NCBI GenBank assembly: GCA_000165345.1
Contig: CM000432.1
Location: 736,001-800,000 of the forward strand
Reading direction: 5' to 3'
Length of the DNA: 64,000 nt
Position 1 is the stretch's first letter. Each line of letters opens with the position of its first letter. Made by a program: the position numbers and the translations under genes. This document shows positions 1 through 9,603 of the stretch, in pieces. The notes below the pieces were generated by a model. The model was not told the origin of the DNA and ran no database searches. It saw only the letters and a list, made by a program, of their open reading frames with translations.

Positions 1-2550
1 GCCTTGCAAAACTGGCTTTAGTTTATGCAAAGTCCAGTGAAAAGAAGGATGGGTAAGTTCTTTTGCTAATCCATAAATTGAATTATCTCGATCGATATTC
101 GAAAATCCTTTCTTCTCTCTTGATTTAGTTAGTCGCCATGACTCTACAATATCCGTACAAAGAGTCTTCCAAGGTAATAAAGGCACGTTTCCAATATTGA
201 TGAATGGCGTATCTGGCATATTACTACATAAAAAAACTTTTCTCTCTAACTTTTCTCCAAGATGAACAATATTTTGAATAATTTCATCTATTCCACAGTT
301 TTCCTTACCATAAATGGTCATAACACCTCCTAAATCCAATGTTGGGCGCAATATTGGATCCCAAGGTTCATAGTACTCCCAGGGCATTAGAGGTCCAAGG
401 AATTTGCTTTCTGGCATGCTCTCCATAGCATAGTCAGGAATTACTCTAAAATTTGGGCCGTTCATATCTGGTAGGCCATAGCTATATCTTGGCTTAAAGA
501 ATTTTTTTAGTTTCTTTAATGGCTTCCAGCCTCGCCAAGTTCTGATACTCTGAAGATTTTCGATATTTAGGTTTATATCAGTATTTTGATTATTTGAATT
601 CTCTGTTGTTAATAAATTATCTGTAGAAAGCCCATCTTTAATATTAGAATTATCTTTATTGTTTGATAAATTTGAATCTTCAGGATTACCTGTTTCGGCC
701 TTTCCACCGGTACTACCTTGTAAACGGCTTCTAGTTAATATGCCAGTTGGAGAAAATGTATCAATTGATACATCTTTTCCTTTAGGATAAAATGACTCTT
801 TTTGTATGAACTGCATTGCGTGGTTACATGCTTCATATGTATTTAAATCACATAAAATTTCATTCTCTCCAGCTCTTGCCATTAATCTGGCTGACAAGTT
901 AACAGTATCGCCTAGTGCTGTGTACTCTTTACGAATTTCGCATCCAACTGTTCCAATCCAAACTCTACCAGTACCTATTCCAATACTTGAACTTAATCCC
1001 ATAAATCGAATGCTATCTAAAATCCTTAACCCTGCAAAAACTGCTCTCAAGGGATCATCCAAATGATATACTGGGGGGAGGCCAAATATGATTAACAATA
1101 ATACGCCCTTATCGTCTACCAAGAATTTGTTTACACTACCTTCCATTGTATACGCTGCTTTCTGGACCAACTGCATTAATTGATGTGCGGTTTTAGAACC
1201 ATAGTGAGTCGAAATATCTAAACCTTTAACTGAAACAAATATACAAGTCAAACGCCTCACTTCATTCAAGAAAACGTTATAGCCGCTTGATAAACATCTA
1301 TAAACTGGAGGCGGAATATACCTTCTTAATAGATCAACATCCTCATCATGAATATGAATAGAAGCCAAGGGAGGAGGAGGTGGTGGTCTAGGCAAAAGTA
1401 GACTGTTAAGTTTTTTAAAATCAGGATTGCCTTCGCATGGTTCCACACTTACATGCTTACCGAGAATTGAGAAAACTGAAGGAGATATAACAGTTTCCCC
1501 ACTCTTTGCTAATGGCTCCGCAATTGCTATTTCTTCAAATGGTGGCCCACCTACGACATATTCCCATCTATCCATTACACCCCCAACTTGTAAAATTGTT
1601 GTCCTACCATAACCAACACCAATATGTAAAGTTAAATGCCTTCCTGGAATTGGAGTAGGGAAGTTGTGTAAAGTCCTATGTATATCCATGCAACATTCGC
1701 ATGCCAACCTACAAGCATGAAACATATCAACAGAATATGTATCAGCAGCATTTGAACTATATTGTGAAGGCGATTCCTCCGATTCCAATTGCTCTTCTTT
1801 ATTCCATCTTTTTTCGGAAGTAGCTGGGCTATTATCATCTATACTGACTTTTGACTTGTTTGAAAACTTACTTGAATCTCTTGCTAACTTGTTAAATTGT
1901 GGGTTGCATTCAGAAGCATTGGCTTGAGACGAACTGTTAGTACTTTCAGTTATCAGATTGACCCCTCCATTATTTAAATTAATAGATTCATCATCTACTG
2001 GCCAAACAACACAAATCGCATCGCCACTAAATTTAATAACATCACCTCCCCAATAATGGATAATCTGGATTAATGGAGTAAAAAAGTTATTAATACATTC
2101 ACCCAGCCTTTCTGCGCCATTTAACTGTTTGTCAAGTGCTGCCGTTAAAGCAGTAAAACCCGATGCATCACAAAACATGATCGCTCCTTTGAAACTCTCA
2201 ATAATAACATCGAAGTCATCTGCATATCCAATTCTTTTGTCAGCAATCGCCTCCAATACAGTTCTCGGAACAAAGCAAGAAAATTGGTTTATATCAAATG
2301 TACTACCTAGCTTTTTTTTCAATTGCTCCGACGAAGAATTCATCTTTTTCATATTATTAAGCCGTTTTTCAGACTTTAAAGCAAGCCATCTCCAGTCATC
2401 TGAAATTCTATCTCTTTCTCCAGACGCTATTATATCTAAATCAGGTGGCCTTTGTGGGACCACTTTTTCTTTATTGCCTACAACAATTGAACGAATACCA
2501 GAATACACAAATAATGTACTTTTGGCAGCGATCAAAGGCACCTGTCCCAT
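1..2550 (-). CDS. Class III nucleotidyl cyclase with two tandem cyclase-homology domains at the N-terminus (soluble adenylyl cyclase / ACbeta-like); 5' ~850 codons only, gene runs off the left window edge
   Basis: Minus-strand frame opens at ATG 2550-2548 with an in-frame upstream TAA and stays open to position 1. Translation gives CHD1 (GAIMFCDASGFTALTAAL ... GDAICVVW) and CHD2 (FVSVKGLD ... GIGTGRVWIGTVGCEIRKEYTALGDTVNLSARLMARAGENEILCD). The ORF track shows no long ORF here because the frame has no stop inside the window. Confidence 0.75.
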   Translation of the reverse strand, partial: MGQVPLIAAKSTLFVYSGIRSIVVGNKEKVVPQRPPDLDIIASGERDRISDDWRWLALKSEKRLNNMKKMNSSSEQLKKKLGSTFDINQFSCFVPRTVLEAIADKRIGYADDFDVIIESFKGAIMFCDASGFTALTAALDKQLNGAERLGECINNFFTPLIQIIHYWGGDVIKFSGDAICVVWPVDDESINLNNGGVNLITESTNSSSQANASECNPQFNKLARDSSKFSNKSKVSIDDNSPATSEKRWNKEEQLESEESPSQYSSNAADTYSVDMFHACRLACECCMDIHRTLHNFPTPIPGRHLTLHIGVGYGRTTILQVGGVMDRWEYVVGGPPFEEIAIAEPLAKSGETVISPSVFSILGKHVSVEPCEGNPDFKKLNSLLLPRPPPPPPLASIHIHDEDVDLLRRYIPPPVYRCLSSGYNVFLNEVRRLTCIFVSVKGLDISTHYGSKTAHQLMQLVQKAAYTMEGSVNKFLVDDKGVLLLIIFGLPPVYHLDDPLRAVFAGLRILDSIRFMGLSSSIGIGTGRVWIGTVGCEIRKEYTALGDTVNLSARLMARAGENEILCDLNTYEACNHAMQFIQKESFYPKGKDVSIDTFSPTGILTRSRLQGSTGGKAETGNPEDSNLSNNKDNSNIKDGLSTDNLLTTENSNNQNTDINLNIENLQSIRTWRGWKPLKKLKKFFKPRYSYGLPDMNGPNFRVIPDYAMESMPESKFLGPLMPWEYYEPWDPILRPTLDLGGVMTIYGKENCGIDEIIQNIVHLGEKLERKVFLCSNMPDTPFINIGNVPLLPWKTLCTDIVESWRLTKSREKKGFSNIDRDNSIYGLAKELTHPSFHWTLHKLKPVLQG

Positions 2551-3052
2551 CCTTAATTCAAATACTATTTATTTTCGCCAGCTTTGCTTTTGATTCACTC
2601 CTAAAATAGTACTCTCGTATATTTTGCTGAGAGGAACTACCCTTAGCCTTAAAATTCTGTGTGGTATTTTCCCGCCAGACCATTAAAATAATAAAAAAAG
2701 CATTTCCTGATGAGAAGATGGCGGCAGCATCTTTAATTTGTCAATACTCAGTACATGTATACAGCAATGGGATAAATTTTATAAAGCCTTATAATAAAAA
2801 ACTAAAGTGTTTGCCTACATTTAATAGCGCATGTTTCCATTCGAATTCTAATATCTAGATAAAAGTCACTTCTTTTCATAAATAACACTCGTAGGAATGT
2901 TAAAGAGTTATTTAGGGTATTTTCTAATGTTATTTCTAAATATTTTTTCGAGGAAATAGATAAGCCACAAAAAAACCTCGTTGCAATTGAAGTTCTGAAT
3001 TTCATATATAACCTTCTGCTGAATTATGTTTCTGCTTATAAGTTTTTATTAT

Positions 3053-5263
3053 TTAAGTTATTGTTGATTCTTCCGTATCACTTCCCTCAAAATGTGGTCC
3101 AGAAAGCCCCTGGATATCATTACCTGCAGCTTCTCTTTCAGATTCAACAATTATGCTAACGTCCAGAGATATGTTATCATTCGATGCTTCAACTGTTCTG
3201 TTATTTGGGATTTCATCAGCTGAAATTTGTCTGCTCTCAACTACGGGTGAGGCATATACACTAGCAGGCATTGAAACCGAAATTTTAGACATACTGCTCT
3301 TTAAATCAGTGGAGCTTTCTCTCGAAATGTTGGAGAATTTTTCAAACAAATTTTCTAAATCTTTTTGCTCTGAAGATTTTGTCGTTAATGTATTACCAGT
3401 ATATTGGCTTTCTTGCCTTCCATTTGAAATACAACTGTTTAAGGAAACAGATCCAGTAATCTTCTCATCTGAACCATTATTTCTATTTTTATTGGAACAA
3501 ATTTCTCTTTGATCGTTTTTACATTCACATTTAATCTCTATCTCTGAGCCCTCTTTTTCTGACTGGCATACACATTCTTTGATTTCTTGAGAAATCATTG
3601 TCAATTCTGCTCCAGAGAAAGTATTAGTATGATCTATTAGATCTCCAAAAATTTCATAATTATATTTTTTATTATGAATAACATCTGAACTATAGCAAAG
3701 TTCCTCGACCTCTGATAACTCTTTTGTAAGAATTGATACCTTTTGTTCAAATTCTGGCTTGGAAATAACTATGCCATTTTCAGAGCTTACTTCAGATTGA
3801 GAGCTTGATTTACCTCCGGAATTGCAATTCAGAGACTTTGCAAAACCATACCATACCGATCCTGCAAGAGTTAAACAAATACCAGTAATAGTGTGAACAC
3901 TTGCATGGTCATGGAATATTATGAATCCACCTGCTGTTTGGGCGCAACTCTTGAACATGCCTAACACATTAAATGTAACTGGGGAGGTATACCCTACGAC
4001 CAAAAATGTAAAGTAATTCAGAAGCATTGAAAGTAATCCGCACAATATCAACAAAGTCCAAAGTCTAAAGAACTCAGGTGAATTTGTATTAAAAGCAGCC
4101 GAACCCATTATCAATTCTAATTCACGGGCAAGGAATATGCATGGTATTAACAGAATGGTAGAAATACATTGGTTATATTTCATTAGTTGTATTGCATCTC
4201 CATTGAAATAATTCATACATTTTTTCATAAATACATTATAAAATACTTGGCAGAATGATGATGCTAATCCTGTAACAATTCCCATAGCTGAAAGAGTAGA
4301 CCTGTCTAGAGAGCCTATCAGAAAACCTGCACAAACGACTATGCATGCAAGAATAGATTGCCAAGTTTGTTTTTGCCCGAGCATAAAATATGATACAATA
4401 ACAGTGAAGATCAAAGACCCCGATCTTGCGAGTTGATAAGTTGAAACCTGTACATATTTTAAACAAATATTTCCAAATGCAACGAGCCCGACAAAGCAAA
4501 TTGACATAGGTAATATTTTTAGTAACTTCTTCATTTCAGCACTGAACTTAATGTTAGTTCTTTTCTGTTTCGCCTTTTCATTAACTGTATTTTCTTCAAT
4601 TCTAATGTTCTGTGAAGAGTTTGCTACAGAGCTATCTTTCAGTTGAGTTTCTTCTATTAAAGAATTTTCTTGGAACGAAATTTCAATGGGAATACTTCTA
4701 TTAGAACCTGCTTCCAGTTCTTTAGCTGAAATATTTTCGTTGGACGTACAATTTGTACTTGTTGCATTTACCTTTCTTGTTTCATTTTCTTTCCTTGGGT
4801 TTGTACTATCTCCGGAATTTTCAGAAGAATCCTTATTCATTTTTGACATGTTTGGAGTTCTTCTAGAAAGTGATAAAATTCCAAAGCAAAATACTCCTAC
4901 AATCTGTTGAACCCATGTTGCAAATACAGGAAAGGGCGCAACTTTATCAAAGAGCCAATGATTATAGTAAATAATTGCAATTGATGTAAAAAAATACCCA
5001 ACTATCGTATATAATGTTAAAAATATGTTATTGTTGTTAGAGAGCCTAATTCTGCTAAATATTTTGTTCTTCTTTGGATTAACACTTTCCTTGCCATCTT
5101 TTCCAATATTAACTAAGTTATCGCATTTATTGCCAAGTATTCCTTGTTCCAAATCTCTATTTAAGTCGCTTTCTATCTCGAATGAAGGATTTTTAAGTTT
5201 TGCTTCCGCTTTAAGACTCTTTTCTTCAGATGAATTATTAATCTTTGAGTCGCTTGAAATCAT
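3053..5263 (-). CDS. TPT/SLC35-family nucleotide-sugar transporter-like membrane protein with long Ser/Asn/Glu-rich N- and C-terminal extensions and an internal low-complexity insert
   Basis: Multi-TM core (LTLYTIVGYFFTSIAIIYYNHWLF ... GSLIFTVIVSYFMLGQKQTWQSILACIVVCAGFLIG ... NYFTFLVVGYTSPVTFNVLGMFKSC) resembles GDP-fucose/UDP-sugar transporters. The ORF-track start 5269 is TTG; the first ATG is at 5263. Confidence 0.7.
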   Translation of the reverse strand: MISSDSKINNSSEEKSLKAEAKLKNPSFEIESDLNRDLEQGILGNKCDNLVNIGKDGKESVNPKKNKIFSRIRLSNNNNIFLTLYTIVGYFFTSIAIIYYNHWLFDKVAPFPVFATWVQQIVGVFCFGILSLSRRTPNMSKMNKDSSENSGDSTNPRKENETRKVNATSTNCTSNENISAKELEAGSNRSIPIEISFQENSLIEETQLKDSSVANSSQNIRIEENTVNEKAKQKRTNIKFSAEMKKLLKILPMSICFVGLVAFGNICLKYVQVSTYQLARSGSLIFTVIVSYFMLGQKQTWQSILACIVVCAGFLIGSLDRSTLSAMGIVTGLASSFCQVFYNVFMKKCMNYFNGDAIQLMKYNQCISTILLIPCIFLARELELIMGSAAFNTNSPEFFRLWTLLILCGLLSMLLNYFTFLVVGYTSPVTFNVLGMFKSCAQTAGGFIIFHDHASVHTITGICLTLAGSVWYGFAKSLNCNSGGKSSSQSEVSSENGIVISKPEFEQKVSILTKELSEVEELCYSSDVIHNKKYNYEIFGDLIDHTNTFSGAELTMISQEIKECVCQSEKEGSEIEIKCECKNDQREICSNKNRNNGSDEKITGSVSLNSCISNGRQESQYTGNTLTTKSSEQKDLENLFEKFSNISRESSTDLKSSMSKISVSMPASVYASPVVESRQISADEIPNNRTVEASNDNISLDVSIIVESEREAAGNDIQGLSGPHFEGSDTEESTIT

Positions 5264-5870
5264 TTTCAAAATTTATTTTTCATTCAATTTCTAACAGTTG
5301 TCTTTAATTTATGAGTTATTTTGCATAAATTTCTTCATTTAGGTGCACATACATTGAGAAACAGTATTCTCAATAACTTAATAAATCAATTGTTGTCCTT
5401 TGCCTCAAACACATAAATTAGTGCATTATTTGGGGGTTTTTAGACAGAAACGCGGAACTATTAATTAGTTCATGCTTATGGCTTATCCGCCAAATAAAAT
5501 TTATTTTAAATTTGTTTTGAAATCACAAGTTCTTGATAATTAGGGGATCAAACTCAGCAATAAAGTGTAATCTATTTCAAAGGTTATCCTGTTAGATTTG
5601 CCTTGGTTTGCTAATTTTATTTTTTTTCACCACACTTTTTTTCTCGATTTTCGCATGCAAAAAAAATATTTGGCGGTATAACATTGGGTCAAGGCATGAG
5701 GGGTGAGAATAGTTATTTACTCCTGAAATTCATCTGTTTTCAATTGATAATAAATACACAGATAGAAATAAATTCCAACTCCCTTGCATTATATAACTTT
5801 CACTATATTTGTTTAATGAAGTGAACATAGACGCGATAGAAATAATAGATTTTGTGTTTAAGTTTTGACA

Positions 5871-7460
5871 ATGTTAAAGGTAATTTTGGCAGTATTAATA
5901 GGAATCCTTCTAAGGATGCTTATTGGATATTCTGAATATTCTGGCCAATCAGACCCACCAATGTTTGGAGACTTTGAGGCACAACGACACTGGATTGAAA
6001 TTACTACAAATTTGCCAGTTAATATGTGGTACATTGATAATAAACACAATAATTTGAGTTATTGGCCATTGGATTATCCACCATTAACTGCATATCACAG
6101 TATGCTGTGTGGCAAGGTTGCGCATTTTTTAGGATTTAGCAAATTTTTTGAATTGGACAAATCAAAGGGAATAGAGAGTGAGACTCTAAAATGGTTTATG
6201 AGAGGTACCGTTTTGGTTAGCGATATTCTGATTTTCTTTTCTGCTTTTGTATTTTATTGGAGTGTTTCCAATCCTATTAGAGATAAGAGTGAATCAAACA
6301 AATATTTGTTGGTGACTCTTGTATCAGCACCTTATATTTTCGTGGACCATTCTCATTTCCAATATAATTGTGTTGCAATCGGTTTGGTAGTTTGGTCGGT
6401 AAATTTCCTTTATTGCGGCTACCACGCTTTATCAATATTTTCCATAGTTTGTGCAGTATTCTTTAAACAAACCATGCTTTACTTTATACCTGCGTTTGCA
6501 TTCATTTATATTTCAATAATAATTAATACTAAAGGATTCGTAGTGAAAGTCAAACGAGTAATTTATTTCGGGTTAACAGGAATACTTTCAACGCTGTCAA
6601 TTTTGTATCCGTTTATTTTTGATAATATAAAGAATCCATTAAACTATAAAGATATCTTTTATACTACAAGATTTGGTAGTTTACTAGCCAAATATAAAAT
6701 GAATTTTCTTATTCCAATAATAAAAAGAGTTATACCTATATGGAGAGGTGCTTGGGAAAATCATGTCGCATCTTTTTGGTTTGCAAATATATTTATTGTT
6801 AACTTAAAGAAATGGGCAATGAAAAGTGAAGATAACTTAAATACTGCGCTTCAAATCTGTACAACTTGTACTTTATTGGGGTTCTTGCCAGCATGCTTAA
6901 ATTTATTAAATAATCCTTCAAGAAAAAAATTCGAGATTGCTTTGCTTGCATCCTCTCTTTCATTTTTTTTATTTTCTTGGCAGGTACATGAAAAAAGTAT
7001 TATTTTACCACTTACGCCAGCATTACTATTAATGGATACTTTCCCATTGATATCGCTAAGCTTCATTATAGTTTCATCATTTTCGCTTGTAACACTATCA
7101 ATCTTGGATAAAACAACTTCATATCTAATGATTTTTGGATTATTCTCAATTATCATTTCATTTTATGTTTTGCATGGTAAAATTGAAAGATCCAATGGAA
7201 TTGTTGGGTTAATGTATGATAATATGCCGATAATTCTGTCAATATTGTTTTCACTTATGCTTGCTTGCCAGTATTTAGTTCCCCCACCTATAAGATACCC
7301 ATGGTTACACGAATTTTTAAATGCACTGGTCTGCGCATGGACTCTATTTTCTCTACTTATTATATGCACATTGAAGGGAATTTCTTCTGGAGGAAAAAAC
7401 GAACAAAAAAAAGGGTCTCAAATTAATGATATTAACCTAATTTATAATGATAAGAATTAA
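5871..7460 (+). CDS. ALG6: Dolichyl-P-Glc:Man(n)GlcNAc2-PP-dolichol alpha-1,3-glucosyltransferase (ALG6 family)
   Basis: GDFEAQRHWIEITTNLPVNMWY ... LSYWPLDYPPLTAYHS is the ALG6/ALG8 N-terminal signature (EAQRHW matches ALG6), and the protein is multi-pass. The ORF-track start 5865 is TTG; the ATG is at 5871. Confidence 0.85.
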   Translation: MLKVILAVLIGILLRMLIGYSEYSGQSDPPMFGDFEAQRHWIEITTNLPVNMWYIDNKHNNLSYWPLDYPPLTAYHSMLCGKVAHFLGFSKFFELDKSKGIESETLKWFMRGTVLVSDILIFFSAFVFYWSVSNPIRDKSESNKYLLVTLVSAPYIFVDHSHFQYNCVAIGLVVWSVNFLYCGYHALSIFSIVCAVFFKQTMLYFIPAFAFIYISIIINTKGFVVKVKRVIYFGLTGILSTLSILYPFIFDNIKNPLNYKDIFYTTRFGSLLAKYKMNFLIPIIKRVIPIWRGAWENHVASFWFANIFIVNLKKWAMKSEDNLNTALQICTTCTLLGFLPACLNLLNNPSRKKFEIALLASSLSFFLFSWQVHEKSIILPLTPALLLMDTFPLISLSFIIVSSFSLVTLSILDKTTSYLMIFGLFSIIISFYVLHGKIERSNGIVGLMYDNMPIILSILFSLMLACQYLVPPPIRYPWLHEFLNALVCAWTLFSLLIICTLKGISSGGKNEQKKGSQINDINLIYNDKN

Positions 7461-7469
7461 CTAGATCAT

Positions 7470-7485
7470 CTTGCATTTATGCAAG
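7470..7485. other. Palindrome CTTGCA-ttta-TGCAAG located where the convergent ALG6 and eIF6 genes abut (stop codons only 16 bp apart)
   Basis: The ALG6 stop TAA is at 7458-7460 and the eIF6 stop is at 7479-7477 (minus strand). The palindrome overlaps the eIF6 stop codon. Confidence 0.55.
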
Positions 7486-8235
7486 CGTATCTATTATTGA
7501 AGATTTAAGTTTAATATCTTTCTCACGCATTTCTTCTTGGTTATTCACATTACTATAGGTTCCGAGTTTGAAAATTCTTTCAATTACTGCCATTTCCGCA
7601 GCAGTAGTTTCCATGCCAACGAAACCCGCCCAGTCATTTACTACACAACCTGCACTAACAACATCGCTTCCTCTATTAACTGTACCTGAGGTAATTGGGA
7701 TTTGGAGTAATGCCGACAATTCATTCATTTCATCTTCAGATGCTAATGTATGCACAATTCCACCTTGATTTGTGAACTTTGCGTAACTCCCTACCAACAC
7801 ATGCCCAGCTATTGTAGTCCTAAATACTTCAACTCCAAGCACATCCTGAATTATCTCCTCGGACTCTTTATCCATATCTGTATGAATAAGAGCAACGTAG
7901 TCGTTGCATGCAATACAGTTGCCCAAAGCACTTAGACGCTCCTCTATTCTTTGAACTTTTACATTATCTGGTAAACTATTCCTCAGGTGTTGAAGCTCTT
8001 GATCAGTTGCCATATTTGAAACCAAAAGGCCATTGCGATTCCCAACTGTGCATCTTCCTACTAGCCTTGTACCTCCTATTAAGGTATTAATAATAGGGAT
8101 ATGGTCCATCAATTCTGCTTCAAAGACAGATGTAAATGCTGCAGAGGAGCCATGAGCTAGTAAACAATATCTATTAGTAAGGTTCGCAAAAACTCCGATT
8201 TCGGAAGAACTTTCATATGCAACTCTTAACGCCAT
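7477..8235 (-). CDS. EIF6: Eukaryotic translation initiation factor 6 (eIF6)
   Basis: Near full-length collinear match to eIF6 ([31 protein letters not shown] ... [14 protein letters not shown] ... RLSALGN ... NDYVALIH ... [14 protein letters not shown] ... [10 protein letters not shown]). ATG at 8235. Confidence 0.95.
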   Translation of the reverse strand: MALRVAYESSSEIGVFANLTNRYCLLAHGSSAAFTSVFEAELMDHIPIINTLIGGTRLVGRCTVGNRNGLLVSNMATDQELQHLRNSLPDNVKVQRIEERLSALGNCIACNDYVALIHTDMDKESEEIIQDVLGVEVFRTTIAGHVLVGSYAKFTNQGGIVHTLASEDEMNELSALLQIPITSGTVNRGSDVVSAGCVVNDWAGFVGMETTAAEMAVIERIFKLGTYSNVNNQEEMREKDIKLKSSIIDTLA

Positions 8236-8433
8236 ATTGCAAATTTTATGTCGAATAAATTTGATACCTATATTAATTGGTACTTATATTAAAAACCCGC
8301 CACAACCGTTCTGGTCACGGCGCCATTTAGCCTGTAATTTTAAAAGACAAGTGGAGTTGTAAAGCTAAGGCGTTATACAGGCCGTAAAGCTCTTTTAATA
8401 AGTTGTAACTGGAAGTGGAACGGCATTTTATAT

Positions 8434-9375
8434 ATGGAACACAAATATGGCGATTTAAATAGTTCTTCGAGAGTGTACGAGCTTACAGGAATTAATGGAG
8501 AATGTTTAGGTACATGCTTTACAAGTGATGGAAGGTCTATTTTGGTTTGCGGAAATGACCCACAGATTCTCCTCTTTCAAAACTATGAAAGTAGTAAACA
8601 TGGAATATCTATGCAAGGGCATACTAAGGCTGTTCTAGAAGTTTCCATGAATAAACAGCATGGCCTTCAGTTTTCCTCTTGTTCTGCAGACAAAACAGTA
8701 CGCTACTGGGATATTGAGACATTAAAATGTATCTCAAAGTTCAAAGGGCACACAAAGATAGTAAATTCGTGTAAATGTAGCAATACCTTGATTATTTCAG
8801 GGTCTGATGATGGGCAAGTGCGTGCATGGGATACTAGAATAAAACAAAATAAAGCGTGCGTTTATAAATATGATAATAAATATCCGATAACAGCAGTGTC
8901 ATGTGAGGGAGAATTGTTTCGAGTTTTTGCAGGAGGAATTGACAATAGCATCTATATGATCGATATGAGAATATCTACCGCTTTCACCCTTTCTACGCTT
9001 AACGATACAATTACGGGGTTGGATGTTAGCCCCGACAATTCTTTTCTAGTGTCAAACTCTATGGACAACCAAGTAGTCATATGGGATATTCGACCTCATT
9101 CAGATTTACAAGACAGGAAAATGGGAACTCTGGTTGGTGCAAAGCATAATTTTGAGGCAAATTTGCATAGGGTAAGATGGAATTTTGATGGGGATCTATT
9201 GGCTGCAGCTTCTTCAGATACAATCATATATATTTGGTCGTTTAAACACAAGAAATTAATTAATAAGTTGGTTGGTCACAAAGGAGCTACTTTAGATATT
9301 AGCTTCCATCCTAGCCTTCCCATTATTGCCTCGGCTGGTTCCGATGGCCGTGTGATTGTTGGAGAATTTATTTAG
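8434..9375 (+). CDS. SNRNP40: WD40-repeat protein, U5 snRNP 40 kDa (SNRNP40/Prp8-binding)-like
   Basis: Collinear similarity to SNRNP40 (GHTKAVLEV ... SADKTVRYWD ... KGHTKIVNSC ... SGSDDGQVRAWDTR ... FAGGIDNSIYMIDMR ... DTITGLDVSPDNSFLVSNSMDNQVVIWDIRP ... KHNFEANLHRVRW ... GHKGATLDISFHPSLPIIASAGSDGRV). Confidence 0.8.
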   Translation: MEHKYGDLNSSSRVYELTGINGECLGTCFTSDGRSILVCGNDPQILLFQNYESSKHGISMQGHTKAVLEVSMNKQHGLQFSSCSADKTVRYWDIETLKCISKFKGHTKIVNSCKCSNTLIISGSDDGQVRAWDTRIKQNKACVYKYDNKYPITAVSCEGELFRVFAGGIDNSIYMIDMRISTAFTLSTLNDTITGLDVSPDNSFLVSNSMDNQVVIWDIRPHSDLQDRKMGTLVGAKHNFEANLHRVRWNFDGDLLAAASSDTIIYIWSFKHKKLINKLVGHKGATLDISFHPSLPIIASAGSDGRVIVGEFI

Positions 9376-9603
9376 CTGCTACTAATCAACTAAATCTACT
9401 CAAGTAAAAGATATAAATAGGTAGAATTTGTATAGCTATATGCAGAAATATATTTTTTTTTAATTAGCCAACTGTTTCTTTTATTCGTTGCAAACAATTA
9501 GGGCATCCGTACTACATGGAAAGTTTGAAAATAATAGAATAAAAACCATAATAAATTTAGAACAGATTCGTTTTAAATATATTTTAGTTCGATTAGTGTA
9601 TCA

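Noticed and set aside
806-2593. Plus-strand ORFs 806-1066, 1427-1612 and 2129-2593, and the minus-strand ORF 1632-1838
   Set aside because: All lie inside the minus-strand adenylyl-cyclase gene, either antisense or in an out-of-phase frame. They have no recognisable domains and are by-products of the real CDS, which the ORF track omits because it lacks an in-window stop.
3153-5294. Small ORFs antisense or out-of-frame within the transporter gene (3153-3512, 4236-4499, 4686-4910, 5025-5294)
   Set aside because: Embedded in a long, domain-bearing CDS on the other strand or frame; low-complexity translations.
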